Source of the DNA: Candidatus Woesearchaeota archaeon
GTDB taxonomy: Archaea; Nanobdellota; Nanobdellia; Woesearchaeales; GW2011-AR4
Length of the DNA stretch: 49,106 bases
Direction of reading: 5' to 3'
NCBI GenBank assembly: GCA_016211245.1
Contig: JACQSQ010000055.1
Coordinates: 1 to 49,106 of the forward strand
Part shown: positions 7,572 to 16,927 of the stretch, one piece after another
Numbering within the stretch: position 1 is the stretch's first letter
How the letters are laid out: each line of letters opens with the position of its first letter
Position numbers and translations under genes: made by a program
The notes under the pieces: generated by a model
What the model was told of the DNA's origin: nothing
What the model saw: the letters and a program-made list of their open reading frames with translations, nothing else
The model's database searches: none

Positions 7572-10500
7572 TGAGAAGTGTTTGATACAGTTGAATTGTT
7601 TTCTAAAATTGGCTGCGCAGCAGCCACTTCAGGCTTCCAAAAATCAGAATATTTCCCGACTATTGTGGCATTTGAGCCTTCCCAGTCTATTTTATAGACG
7701 TAAATGTCAGTGCCTGTTAATCCCATTTCATGCTTGAACAATTTGAAGTGTTTTAAGCCATGCCCTTGCATGTAAAACATTCTTGTGAACATGCTGCCGC
7801 TAAGTTCACCACTCGAAATAATAACTTCTACCTCTTCCTTGCTTTTTGGCACAACAGTCATACTATGCCCTATTGCCTCATTGTTAAATATTTTTGTGAA
7901 CAGCCCAATTTCTGTAGCGAATACGGCAGATGCAGGTCTAAAAATTTGATTTTGTAACTGCGAATAAATATCGTAGCTACTTAAATTTACATTAAAAACC
8001 AGGGGAGCATTGCCCCCGTTGCTTAAAGGCGGGCACACATAAATCCCATCTTCATTTTTGCTGCACGTCATCTGCCCGGCGTAGCCCGGCCTTGGAGCAA
8101 TAAATCGGTTGGCTAAACCATCACTTATGATTTTGTCTGGCTCATTTTCTATGCTTTTCATCTCGAAATAAAAATTTTCAGCGCTTTCTCTTGTATAATT
8201 GAATTTGCCAGTTATGTATGTTACTGCCTCTTCCTGCGGCATCACTCTGGCATTTTTCCATAAATCAGCCCTTTCGAAGCTCCAGCTTCCGAAATGGCTC
8301 CAGACTTTAGCTTTTTTTACCATGTCTTCTGAAACAATAAAGTACGCCTCTGGCGGGCTGCAATGGGTATAGGAAAGAATTTTTTTGATATTCTCCTCAT
8401 TTAAGTTGTATTTCCTTAATCTTCCCTCTGCCTGGTTTTTGTCTAGTAAAATAATCTCATTGATTATGCTGATTGTCAGATGTATGTCTTTGTTAATGCC
8501 TACTAACTCATTATAAGCACTATCGCTTCCACAGTCCAGCATTTTTAAAATACCTATAGCTTCTTTTTCGTTGCTTGTTGTGAGCAGCTTGCCTGTCCAA
8601 TGCGCAGGCGGAAATGTTTGAGTAGTCCCATCAAAAGTTACTGCCCTATCAGTTATGTACTTAAAATTGTGCCCAAAGTCCCACCAGGATGTTATTATCG
8701 CATTTGGCTTTGAATCCTTTTTTATTGCCACTAAAGCATTATGCCAGGCATCGTTAATTATCGGCACATCATAACTGACTACATCTATAGCGCCTTTGAT
8801 TGGATTAACATACAACAGCAAAATAATCACAAGCAGTACGCTGCTCACTATCGGCTTGTAAATTCTCATTTCTTTTGAATGCCACCTTGAAAAATAATAA
8901 AATAATTTTCCAACAGCGACTCCAAATGCGATGCTGAAAGGAGGCGCAAGCAACAAAATAAATCGCAATCCTTTTATGCTTGCAAAAATCGTTGATGCAA
9001 TCCACAATGATAGCAATATAGAAAGCCTGAAATCATAGGAAATGTCTTTCTCATAAAGCGAATAAATCATTCTTATAATTATGGGGAGCATTATCCATAC
9101 AAGCAATGCACTTAATGGCAGGCTCTGATACACTATCCTTGGATCAAGCTTTGTACCAACATTTATAAATAAAATCCCATAGAATACAATTGCGCCGATT
9201 ATGTAAAATACATCGAATTTCTTCAGCTTCTCTTCTCTGGAAACCGCCAGTATAAGCCCGACTAATGACACGAAAAAGAGAAAATTGCCGCCCATGGAAT
9301 TGATAATTGTACTAAGAGAGCCTTCCTCAAGCTCCTCAACAGTCGTCAAAACGTTTGGCCACAATGAGAGGCTAAGAACCTGAGCTTTTATAGAGCTGAA
9401 CCCCAACGGGCCAAGCAAACTATTTCTGAATGCATTCCAGCCCGAGAATAATACTGCAAATACAGATGCTGATAAAAAATAAACAAAAGCAAAAATAAAA
9501 TCGTTCCTTAGGTATGTATTGGTCAGCAGCAATTTTGGATTGGACTTGATTTCGCTAAAGTTAGCCAATATAAGATATACAATAATTATCGCAACTGTAG
9601 CAATAAGGAAATCAAATATATACCACCACCCACTCCATGCAAATGCATACACGCCAGTAAAAAAACCAGCTAGTGTTGCGGCTATAAAAAGATTTAACGT
9701 TTTTCTAGCACTATTTGCTATAACAAAAAGCCACGTGATTATAATAGGAAAAAAGACTACCCAGACATCATTGTCAGGGTGAGCGAACAATGTCCTGCTC
9801 AAGAAAGCGGCATTGACAGCCATCATTAGTCCGGCAAAGAATCCCCCCATGTTGCCTCCAGCCTTCCTTCCTATCAAGAACACAATCAAGACACAAACTG
9901 CAGAAATAACTACTGGAAAATAAAACGATGACTGCGTTACGGATATTTTAGATGAAAATATTCTGGCAAGTTTGTAAAAATAAGCTATTGAATACGAATG
10001 GAACATGTCTGGAACCACAAACCTGCCATTCGGCGCGAGCTGGTGGTTGTCAAAAGGCCTTCCGTCCCTTAACTCGTCCCCCGGGTGCCCATTTTTTATT
10101 ATATTTTCAGCGTATCTCACCCAATAGTACGGATCGGTATCTGGCATATAGTTCTTTTTACTCTCATCTTGATAAAATTCCCTGAACCTTTTGGAATAGT
10201 ACGCTGTTGTGGCATCAACATCCTTTTTTCTTTCCTTTAGGACCTTGCTTAGCTCAGTCTCTGCTATAACATCTTTGTTAGCGTCTGGAACATTCAAAAA
10301 TTGCTGGTATATGCTGGCTCTTATATCTGACCTTATATTCTCTATTACAGTGTTCCTAGCCCACTCGTCTGCGAATGGCAGATTGATTCCCTGCATTCTT
10401 ATATATATAGAAAGGATTATCGGGATTAGGGCGAGAAGCACTATGCCATATTTCTTGAAAAAAATAGTTAATTTTTCCTTGGACTCTAAGAAATTTTTTA

Positions 10501-10699
10501 TTTTATCAGAATCAATTGAAAGATTGGATTTTTTGATATCATCTTTATTCGTTTCAGCATTATTAGCTATGTTTGTTGTTTCTATGCCAGCTACCTTTTC
10601 TTCTTCATTTTTGAAAAGATTTTTTATATTTATGAAATTTATAGGTGCATCTTCATCTTCTTTTGCTATAGGTGCATTTTCATCTTCTTTTGAATCCAA
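7568..10699 (-). CDS. aglB: STT3/AglB oligosaccharyltransferase, paralog 1
   Basis: 1043 aa. About 13 TM helices plus a large C-terminal domain. 'MPDTDPYYW' acidic loop. 'SWWDFGH' at 8669-8689. Apparent TTG start preceded by 'GGGTGAT' (SD-like). Confidence 0.9.
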   Translation of the reverse strand: MDSKEDENAPIAKEDEDAPINFINIKNLFKNEEEKVAGIETTNIANNAETNKDDIKKSNLSIDSDKIKNFLESKEKLTIFFKKYGIVLLALIPIILSIYIRMQGINLPFADEWARNTVIENIRSDIRASIYQQFLNVPDANKDVIAETELSKVLKERKKDVDATTAYYSKRFREFYQDESKKNYMPDTDPYYWVRYAENIIKNGHPGDELRDGRPFDNHQLAPNGRFVVPDMFHSYSIAYFYKLARIFSSKISVTQSSFYFPVVISAVCVLIVFLIGRKAGGNMGGFFAGLMMAVNAAFLSRTLFAHPDNDVWVVFFPIIITWLFVIANSARKTLNLFIAATLAGFFTGVYAFAWSGWWYIFDFLIATVAIIIVYLILANFSEIKSNPKLLLTNTYLRNDFIFAFVYFLSASVFAVLFSGWNAFRNSLLGPLGFSSIKAQVLSLSLWPNVLTTVEELEEGSLSTIINSMGGNFLFFVSLVGLILAVSREEKLKKFDVFYIIGAIVFYGILFINVGTKLDPRIVYQSLPLSALLVWIMLPIIIRMIYSLYEKDISYDFRLSILLSLWIASTIFASIKGLRFILLLAPPFSIAFGVAVGKLFYYFSRWHSKEMRIYKPIVSSVLLVIILLLYVNPIKGAIDVVSYDVPIINDAWHNALVAIKKDSKPNAIITSWWDFGHNFKYITDRAVTFDGTTQTFPPAHWTGKLLTTSNEKEAIGILKMLDCGSDSAYNELVGINKDIHLTISIINEIILLDKNQAEGRLRKYNLNEENIKKILSYTHCSPPEAYFIVSEDMVKKAKVWSHFGSWSFERADLWKNARVMPQEEAVTYITGKFNYTRESAENFYFEMKSIENEPDKIISDGLANRFIAPRPGYAGQMTCSKNEDGIYVCPPLSNGGNAPLVFNVNLSSYDIYSQLQNQIFRPASAVFATEIGLFTKIFNNEAIGHSMTVVPKSKEEVEVIISSGELSGSMFTRMFYMQGHGLKHFKLFKHEMGLTGTDIYVYKIDWEGSNATIVGKYSDFWKPEVAAAQPILENNSTVSNTSQ
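10002..10090. repeat. 89-bp block identical to 13173-13261 (inside aglB paralog 1)
   Basis: 'aacatgtctggaaccacaaacctgccattcggcgcgagctggtggttgtcaaaaggccttccgtcccttaactcgtcccccgggtgccc' occurs in both paralogs, with diverged flanks. Confidence 0.95.
10641..10694. repeat. 27-bp tandem duplication at the 5' end of aglB paralog 1
   Basis: 'ataggtgcatcttcatcttcttttgct' is followed by 'ataggtgcattttcatcttcttttgaa'. Together they encode 'KEDENAPIA/KEDEDAPIN'. Confidence 0.85.
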
Positions 10700-10740
10700 C
10701 TCAAATCACCCTTCCAATAAATTACCAAAGATAAGAGATG

Positions 10741-10759
10741 TGTTTTAAAAAGCTTTTGA
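10741..10759 (-). promoter_or_regulatory. BRE/TATA-like box for aglB paralog 1
   Basis: The minus strand reads 'atcaaaagctttttaaaac', about 45 nt upstream of the start and followed by an SD-like GGGTGAT. Confidence 0.4.
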
Positions 10760-10798
10760 TAACAATTATGAGTCGTGCTTGTATTTTATCGGTTTGAT

Positions 10799-13700
10799 TT
10801 AAGGAATGCTTGTACTGTTTTCAATTAGAACTACTTTCTCACTAGGCTCCTTTAAGATATATGCATATTCCGTTACTATAGTTGTATTCTTACCTTCCCA
10901 GTCAACTTTGTAGGTGTAAATATCTGTTCCAGTCAAACCACGTTGATGATTAACAAGTTTGAAATATCTTAATCCATGCCCCTGCATGTAAAACATTCTC
11001 GTGAACATGCTGCCAGTCAATTCATTGCTTGAAACAACAACTTGAACTTCTTCTTTGTTTATAGGTATAACTGTCATGCCATGCCCTGTCGCAGCATCGC
11101 TAAATGTTTTCTTATACAAACCATTTTCAGTTACAAAGGCAGCAGAACCAGGCCTAAAAGTCTTTCCCTGGAATACAGCATAAATATCATAATTGCTGGT
11201 ATTTATGTTAAAAACAAGGGCCACATTGTTCCCGATCCCTAAAGGTTGGCACACATAAAGCCCTTCTTCATTTTTTCTGCATGTCATTTGCCCCCCATAT
11301 CCCGGCCAGGGAGCTATCCAGGAATTTGCTTCACTGTCGCTTGAAATGGACAGCATTTCATCATAAACATTTTCAGCCCTATCTTTTGTATAATTAAACT
11401 TGCTTATCATATACTCTACAGCTTTGTCCTGCGGCAAACCTCTTGCATTATACCATAAGTCAGCCCTTTCAAAACTCCAGCTCCCAAAATGAGACCACAC
11501 GCCGCTTTTGCCTATCATATCTTCTGATGCTATAACAAAACCTTCTGGAGGGTTGCAATGGCTCATTTTTAGGACTTCTTCTGCTTGACTGCTGCTTAAG
11601 CCATATTCCAGCAATACACTCCTTGCCTTTCCCGTATCCAATAACATTATTTCTCTAATTATTTTTATGCTCTTATGTATATCCATTCCATATTCCTTAA
11701 GCTTTGTGTAAGCTTCGCCATTGCTGCAATCCAGAATTCTCATTATGCCAATAGCTTCCTGTTCGTTATCAGTCATGAAGAGCCTGCCAACCCAGTGAGA
11801 AGGTACATACGCTTGGGTAGTTCCATCAAACGTAACTGGCCTGTCAGCAATAGCTTTAAAATGATGCCCGAAATCCCACCAGGATGTTATTATTGCGTTT
11901 TCTTTTGAATTATCTTTTATTGAAATCAGGGTATTATACCACGCATCATTGATTATTGGTATATCCTGGCCGGCTGTATGGATAGCGCCTTTGATTGGAT
12001 TGACATACAACAGCAAAATTAACATAAACAGCATGCTGGCGCCAATTATTTTGTATATTTTGAGTTCTTTTGTTAACCATAGTAAACAATGAGAAAAAAA
12101 CATTCCAAGAACAACCCCGAATGCGACGCTGAAAGGAGGCGCAAGCAACAATGTAAATCTAATTCCTTTTATGCTTGCATACACGGAAGACACGACCCAA
12201 AGCAATAAAAGAAGTCCGAGCTTGAAATCGTAAGACGTGTTTCTCTTGTATATCATAATTAAAAATAACACAATAATCGGAAGAGATATCCAAATGATCA
12301 ACCCATTTATTCCAATATTTACCCCCCATCTTGTAAGCAGGAAATAGCTCGCGTAAAAGATTCCAGAAACAATTATATAAAAAATGTCAAACTTCTTATA
12401 GCCGTCTTTGCGCAAAACAGACAATAACAGCCCCAGCCAGCTTAAAAAAAAGAAAAACCTGCCGCCTACAGAATTTATGATGGAATTAATCGAGCCCTCA
12501 TTAAGCTCTGCAACAGTTGTCAGCACATTGGGGGTAAGCTCGCTTCTGACAGGAGTTTTTATTGCTCTGAAAGTAAAAGGCCCAATCACACTTTCTCTGA
12601 AAGTGTTGAAATCCTGAAACAATGTGGTGAATAAAATAGAGCTAAGCACAAAAATCAACAGCGCAATGAATATCATCTTGAAATCAGTCCTTAGGAAAAA
12701 TTCCTTTGGGCTTTTTCTCACATTATCCAAATGAACTAATGGCAAATAAGCAAGGGTAACAAGAAAAGATATCACAATAAAATCAAATATAAACCACCAC
12801 CCACCCCACGAAAATGCAAAAAAGCCAATGGACAATCCGCCAAATATGCTAAGCGCAGCTACTCCAAGCATCTTCTTATTCTCTACGATAAGAACAAAAA
12901 TCCACGTAATAAAAAGCGACCAGAAAACCACCCACATGTCCGTGTCGGAATGGCCAAATAATGTTCTGCCAAGAAAAGCAGAGTTTACAGCGAACATTAA
13001 TGAAGCAAAAAACGCGCTCATATTGCCCCCAATCTTTCTTGCTATTAAGAAAACCAGCAGCACATCTATCGCTGAGATTATAACTGGCACATACATTGTG
13101 GAGCGCATTAGCGTTATGGAAGGGATAACTATGCTTACCAACTTGTAGAAATAAGCCAAAAAATAAGCATTAAACATGTCTGGAACCACAAACCTGCCAT
13201 TCGGCGCGAGCTGGTGGTTGTCAAAAGGCCTTCCGTCCCTTAACTCGTCCCCCGGGTGCCCGTTTTTTAAAACGTTTTTGGCGTACCTATACCAGTAATA
13301 AGGGTCAATGTCTGGCATATAGTTTTTTCCATTTTCGTCCAAGAAAAATGACATGAAGTACTTGGAGGTTGCCTCAATTTGCTGGTTAATCTGAGCTTTA
13401 TTTCCACTTATGAAATTTTGGAGCTCCTTTTCTGCTATATCATTTTTATTTGCATCTGGAAGATTTGGAAACTTTTGATTAACATCATTTCTTATTTGCG
13501 ACCTTATGCTATTTATGACGGCGTTGGTTGCCCACTCATCAACAACGGGCAAATATGCAGCTTGCATCCTCACATAAATTGAAAGTATTATTGGAATCAG
13601 TGCTATTAATATAATTCCATATTTCTTAAAGAATTGCCGCACTTTACCCCAATTAACCGGAAAGGCATCATCGCTGTCTGAGTCGCTCGACTCTGCCTTA

Positions 13701-13990
13701 AAGAAATTTTTTATTTTTTCAAAATTAAATGATAAATTGTCGTCGCTTTCTACATGGTGGGCTTCATGTTTTTTAATAATCTGCTCTTGAGTAACCTTTT
13801 TTTCCTTGGGAACGCCATCAGCTTTGAATAAACTCCTTATTTTGCTGAAATCTATGGTAATTTCATCGTCCTTTGTTTCTGGGTTCTGCTTTTCGCGGTA
13901 TTCAGTGCTGTCGGATTTTGCCTTCTTTTTGAAAAAGTTCTTTATTTTGCTGAAATCTATGTCAATGTCATCGTCAATTTTTTGTTCCAT
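10799..13990 (-). CDS. aglB: STT3/AglB oligosaccharyltransferase, paralog 2
   Basis: 1063 aa and collinear with paralog 1. 'MPDIDPYYW'. 'SWWDFGHH' at 11861-11884. ATG start with an upstream GGAG. Confidence 0.9.
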   Translation of the reverse strand: MEQKIDDDIDIDFSKIKNFFKKKAKSDSTEYREKQNPETKDDEITIDFSKIRSLFKADGVPKEKKVTQEQIIKKHEAHHVESDDNLSFNFEKIKNFFKAESSDSDSDDAFPVNWGKVRQFFKKYGIILIALIPIILSIYVRMQAAYLPVVDEWATNAVINSIRSQIRNDVNQKFPNLPDANKNDIAEKELQNFISGNKAQINQQIEATSKYFMSFFLDENGKNYMPDIDPYYWYRYAKNVLKNGHPGDELRDGRPFDNHQLAPNGRFVVPDMFNAYFLAYFYKLVSIVIPSITLMRSTMYVPVIISAIDVLLVFLIARKIGGNMSAFFASLMFAVNSAFLGRTLFGHSDTDMWVVFWSLFITWIFVLIVENKKMLGVAALSIFGGLSIGFFAFSWGGWWFIFDFIVISFLVTLAYLPLVHLDNVRKSPKEFFLRTDFKMIFIALLIFVLSSILFTTLFQDFNTFRESVIGPFTFRAIKTPVRSELTPNVLTTVAELNEGSINSIINSVGGRFFFFLSWLGLLLSVLRKDGYKKFDIFYIIVSGIFYASYFLLTRWGVNIGINGLIIWISLPIIVLFLIMIYKRNTSYDFKLGLLLLLWVVSSVYASIKGIRFTLLLAPPFSVAFGVVLGMFFSHCLLWLTKELKIYKIIGASMLFMLILLLYVNPIKGAIHTAGQDIPIINDAWYNTLISIKDNSKENAIITSWWDFGHHFKAIADRPVTFDGTTQAYVPSHWVGRLFMTDNEQEAIGIMRILDCSNGEAYTKLKEYGMDIHKSIKIIREIMLLDTGKARSVLLEYGLSSSQAEEVLKMSHCNPPEGFVIASEDMIGKSGVWSHFGSWSFERADLWYNARGLPQDKAVEYMISKFNYTKDRAENVYDEMLSISSDSEANSWIAPWPGYGGQMTCRKNEEGLYVCQPLGIGNNVALVFNINTSNYDIYAVFQGKTFRPGSAAFVTENGLYKKTFSDAATGHGMTVIPINKEEVQVVVSSNELTGSMFTRMFYMQGHGLRYFKLVNHQRGLTGTDIYTYKVDWEGKNTTIVTEYAYILKEPSEKVVLIENSTSIP
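13173..13261. repeat. 89-bp block identical to 10002-10090 (inside aglB paralog 2)
   Basis: Same string as 10002-10090. Encodes 'GHPGDELRDGRPFDNHQLAPNGRFVVPDMF' in both proteins. Confidence 0.95.
13838..13975. repeat. dispersed 34-nt near-identical repeat pair in the 5' region of aglB paralog 2
   Basis: 13838-13871 'ttattttgctgaaatctatggtaatttcatcgtc' versus 13942-13975 'ttattttgctgaaatctatgtcaatgtcatcgtc' (3 mismatches). Both encode 'IDFSKI(R/K)' motif copies. Confidence 0.85.
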
Positions 13991-14023
13991 GAAATAAACT
14001 CCGTAATAATTAGGAAAGAGACG

Positions 14024-14040
14024 CCTTTTAAAAACTTTTG
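14024..14040 (-). promoter_or_regulatory. BRE/TATA-like box for aglB paralog 2
   Basis: The minus strand reads 'caaaagtttttaaaagg', about 35-50 nt upstream of the ATG at 13990. Confidence 0.4.
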
Positions 14041-14134
14041 TAATAGAGTTGCGAGGACATTAACCTAAGCGCAGCATTTGCACCATTCCATCCCAGGATA
14101 GTAGAATTGCAATAGAAAAATCATGCCTAAAATA

Positions 14135-14803
14135 TTATCTAACAAAAAAGCTTTTTGGAATTTCTTCGAATGAACTGTATGATTTTATTCCCATTGCAGA
14201 TGCGCTCATTAAATCCCGTTTGTCGCTGTCGCCAATCATAATTACTTCTTCAGGCGCATATTTTAACAATTTCAGCGCAGAAACAAAAACTTGTGGGTTG
14301 GGCTTATCTTTTCCAGCCTCCTCAGAAGTCACTACCAAATCCACGAATTTGGATATTTCGAGATGAATAATCTTTCTTAACTGTATTTCAGCAGTCAGGT
14401 CTGTCAGAATTGCAACTTTTATTCCATTGTTCTTGCAAGCCGCAAGAAACTCCTTTGCAGCAGGGCTTAATTTCATGAACTTAAAATATTCTTCCCAAAA
14501 TAGCTTGTTATAATACAATGACAACTCTGGACTTGTTTTTCCAGTAAAGTTTTCTATAGTCCTCTTGAAATAAAGCAACCTGGAATGGGATGCCGCAGTT
14601 CCTTCAAGAAGTTTTTTAACTTGCAACCTGGCAATATAAAATATTTTTTCCGCTTCTTTATATGTCATTTTAAATCTCTTTGAAAAATCCCTCAAAACTT
14701 TTTGGAGGGCATTAGAATTGCATATTTCGTATTTGTAGATAGTATTGTCTAAATCCAATAATACTGCTTTAATTCCAGATGTGTTTCTACCACTTATTTG
14801 CAT
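14135..14803 (-). CDS. HAD-superfamily hydrolase (phosphatase)
   Basis: 222 aa. Motif I 'LLDLDNTIY'; motif IV region 'MIGDSDKRDL'. Confidence 0.7.
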   Translation of the reverse strand: MQISGRNTSGIKAVLLDLDNTIYKYEICNSNALQKVLRDFSKRFKMTYKEAEKIFYIARLQVKKLLEGTAASHSRLLYFKRTIENFTGKTSPELSLYYNKLFWEEYFKFMKLSPAAKEFLAACKNNGIKVAILTDLTAEIQLRKIIHLEISKFVDLVVTSEEAGKDKPNPQVFVSALKLLKYAPEEVIMIGDSDKRDLMSASAMGIKSYSSFEEIPKSFFVR

Positions 14804-15371
14804 GTTCCTGTGAAACCATAACGGCGTCTATTTTAATTTTGTTCTTTGCAAGATAGCTCTTGTATTTTTTAATCTGATATTGCCTATTCCATCTTTCAGG
14901 AGAAACTAAGCAGATCTTAAAACCTAAGCTATCTAAGTCTCTATAAATTTTCTTATTCAAAGGAAGCTTAGTAAATGTATCCACCCAAATCCACTTGACC
15001 CTGTTTCCTAGAGAGAGGCAAGTTTGCACATTTTCAAATTCAGAGAATCTTATTGCCATTCTTCTAACACCTTCTTTAGCTAAAATGTACATAAATGGAA
15101 ATGAAACATTTAGCAGGAAATATTTAGTAATTTGATGCTTTTCACATAATCTAATGACTTGCTTCTCAATGCCTTCTTCCTTGACCTCTAGTACTATAAA
15201 AGCATGCCTGAAGTTTGAGAGATAATCATCGAGCAAATCTCCACCTTGGAAAGGCTCATGATTTAAAATTAGATTTTTTCCCTTTGTTCTTATGTCTACT
15301 TCAACACCATACTCTTTGGGAATATTTTTCAGTTCGCTTATTTTATTTACTCTATGAATAATTTTCAACAT
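14787..15371 (-). CDS. PLC-like phosphodiesterase (glycerophosphodiester phosphodiesterase-like)
   Basis: 194 aa. 'IIHRVN...YGVEVDIRTKGKNLILNHEP' matches the GDPD 'HRG...E.D.....D....HD' layout loosely. Confidence 0.4.
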   Translation of the reverse strand: MLKIIHRVNKISELKNIPKEYGVEVDIRTKGKNLILNHEPFQGGDLLDDYLSNFRHAFIVLEVKEEGIEKQVIRLCEKHQITKYFLLNVSFPFMYILAKEGVRRMAIRFSEFENVQTCLSLGNRVKWIWVDTFTKLPLNKKIYRDLDSLGFKICLVSPERWNRQYQIKKYKSYLAKNKIKIDAVMVSQEHANKW

Positions 15372-15373
15372 TT

Positions 15374-16096
15374 TTACTTTTTAATATGATTTCTTAGCTT
15401 TATGGTAAAGTCTATTGTTCTTTTAATAAACTTTAGTTTTGTAGCAATGCTTGTATTCCAGCTTGACTGGCCATGAATCCTTTTTCTAAACAGCACAGGA
15501 AATCTTATTATTTCATACCTATTCTTCTTTGCCATGTAATAAAAATAAAGGTCAAATGAAAAATCATAAGGTGGCTCTTTTGTATTTCCAAGAAAATCCC
15601 TATGAAAGAGATTTGGCTGCGCATTGATGTCATAAAGCAGCTTTCTTAGAACTACTGTCTCAAAAACCGACATTCCAAAAGTAAAAAATGAATCAAATAA
15701 ATTTCTTCCTTGTCTTTTTCCTTTAACAAAGCAAATTCTTGGGTTTTTTTCTTTCATTATAAGATTATAAGCCTTAATACAATCTCCCAAATCCGTCTGC
15801 ATGTCCGCATGAGTCCAGCATAAGTAATTGCCTTTTGCAGCCTGAAGGCCGCTCCAAACTCCATAGCCATAGCCTATGTTCTTTTTTACATTTGCCATCC
15901 TTAGAAATTTATACTTTTTCGCAAGCTTTTCCATGACTTCTTTGGAGCCATCTAGCGAGCCATTGTTAACAAGAACAAGCTCTACTTTTGCATATTTTGG
16001 CATTACTTGTTTGAACCTTTCAACTATAAGTGGAATGTTTTCTTTCTCATTGTAGCAGGGGACTATGACTGATAAATTAATATTTGATTTTGGCAT
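15374..16096 (-). CDS. GT2 glycosyltransferase
   Basis: 240 aa. 'LSVIVPCYNEKENI', 'LVNNGSLDGS', 'WTHADMQTD'. Confidence 0.8.
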   Translation of the reverse strand: MPKSNINLSVIVPCYNEKENIPLIVERFKQVMPKYAKVELVLVNNGSLDGSKEVMEKLAKKYKFLRMANVKKNIGYGYGVWSGLQAAKGNYLCWTHADMQTDLGDCIKAYNLIMKEKNPRICFVKGKRQGRNLFDSFFTFGMSVFETVVLRKLLYDINAQPNLFHRDFLGNTKEPPYDFSFDLYFYYMAKKNRYEIIRFPVLFRKRIHGQSSWNTSIATKLKFIKRTIDFTIKLRNHIKK

Positions 16097-16097
16097 T

Positions 16098-16922
16098 TTA
16101 ATACTTTAATCGATTAAAAAAATTCTTCCAAAGCTTGAATTCTCCATCGTCTTTTGGCTTTAGATTATTCTTGCATAAGTATTCCCATTTTTGGTATTCA
16201 TACAAATCAGAAGGCTTTCCCCAGCTAACATAAAGATCAACATCAAAAATAACGCTTTTTTTGCCAAGCTTTTTATAAAATATTGGCATTGCGTCAACAT
16301 AGAACTCATTGTTTATCCTAAAATTCTCCTTAACCATAAGTTTATATGCTTTCTTAAAATCCATTGCTTTCTTGAAATAGAAGGTTGCAACAACAGCATG
16401 GTCATTAAATGGGTTTTTAGATACTGACACTTTAATTGACATATCCTTTATCATCTTTTTATCTTTTTCAAGCACTGCCCACCCCCATGCCTTAGGATTT
16501 TCTAAAAGCAGCTTATTTTTTGTGAAAGTCCAAACAATCGCATCAATGTCTTTTCTTTTGACAAGCTCATCGTATTTCTTCTTGTTATAAAGAAAGCTGT
16601 TGTCACATGCCGCAATAAATATCGGCTCATCTTTTTTTAAGTAAGGCATTGCCAGCATGCATGTTGAAGCCTGCCCTTCTGTTGTCTTTTCAACCTGTAT
16701 TATTATTGCGTTCTCTATATGGGATTTTATCAGACTATCCAGTTTATACTTCTCAACATGCTCTTTTCTTACAATGAATATGTTCTTATCAGATTTCGGA
16801 AGAGCTTCAATTACCCTGGATATCATCGGCTTTCCTGAAACTTGTATAAGCAGCTTTGGAAGAAGATAGCCTTCTGAAGCAAATCTGGAGCCAGTGCCTG
16901 CCATTGGGATTATGTTTGCCAT
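16098..16922 (-). CDS. sugar-phosphate (or alditol-phosphate) nucleotidyltransferase, paralog A
   Basis: 'MANIIPMAGTGSRFASEGYLLPKLLIQVSGKPMI' is an NTP-transferase P-loop-like signature. Start trimmed to the ATG at 16922, 5 nt after the upstream stop; the ORF track extends to 16976. Confidence 0.6.
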   Translation of the reverse strand: MANIIPMAGTGSRFASEGYLLPKLLIQVSGKPMISRVIEALPKSDKNIFIVRKEHVEKYKLDSLIKSHIENAIIIQVEKTTEGQASTCMLAMPYLKKDEPIFIAACDNSFLYNKKKYDELVKRKDIDAIVWTFTKNKLLLENPKAWGWAVLEKDKKMIKDMSIKVSVSKNPFNDHAVVATFYFKKAMDFKKAYKLMVKENFRINNEFYVDAMPIFYKKLGKKSVIFDVDLYVSWGKPSDLYEYQKWEYLCKNNLKPKDDGEFKLWKNFFNRLKY

Positions 16923-16927
16923 GTTCT

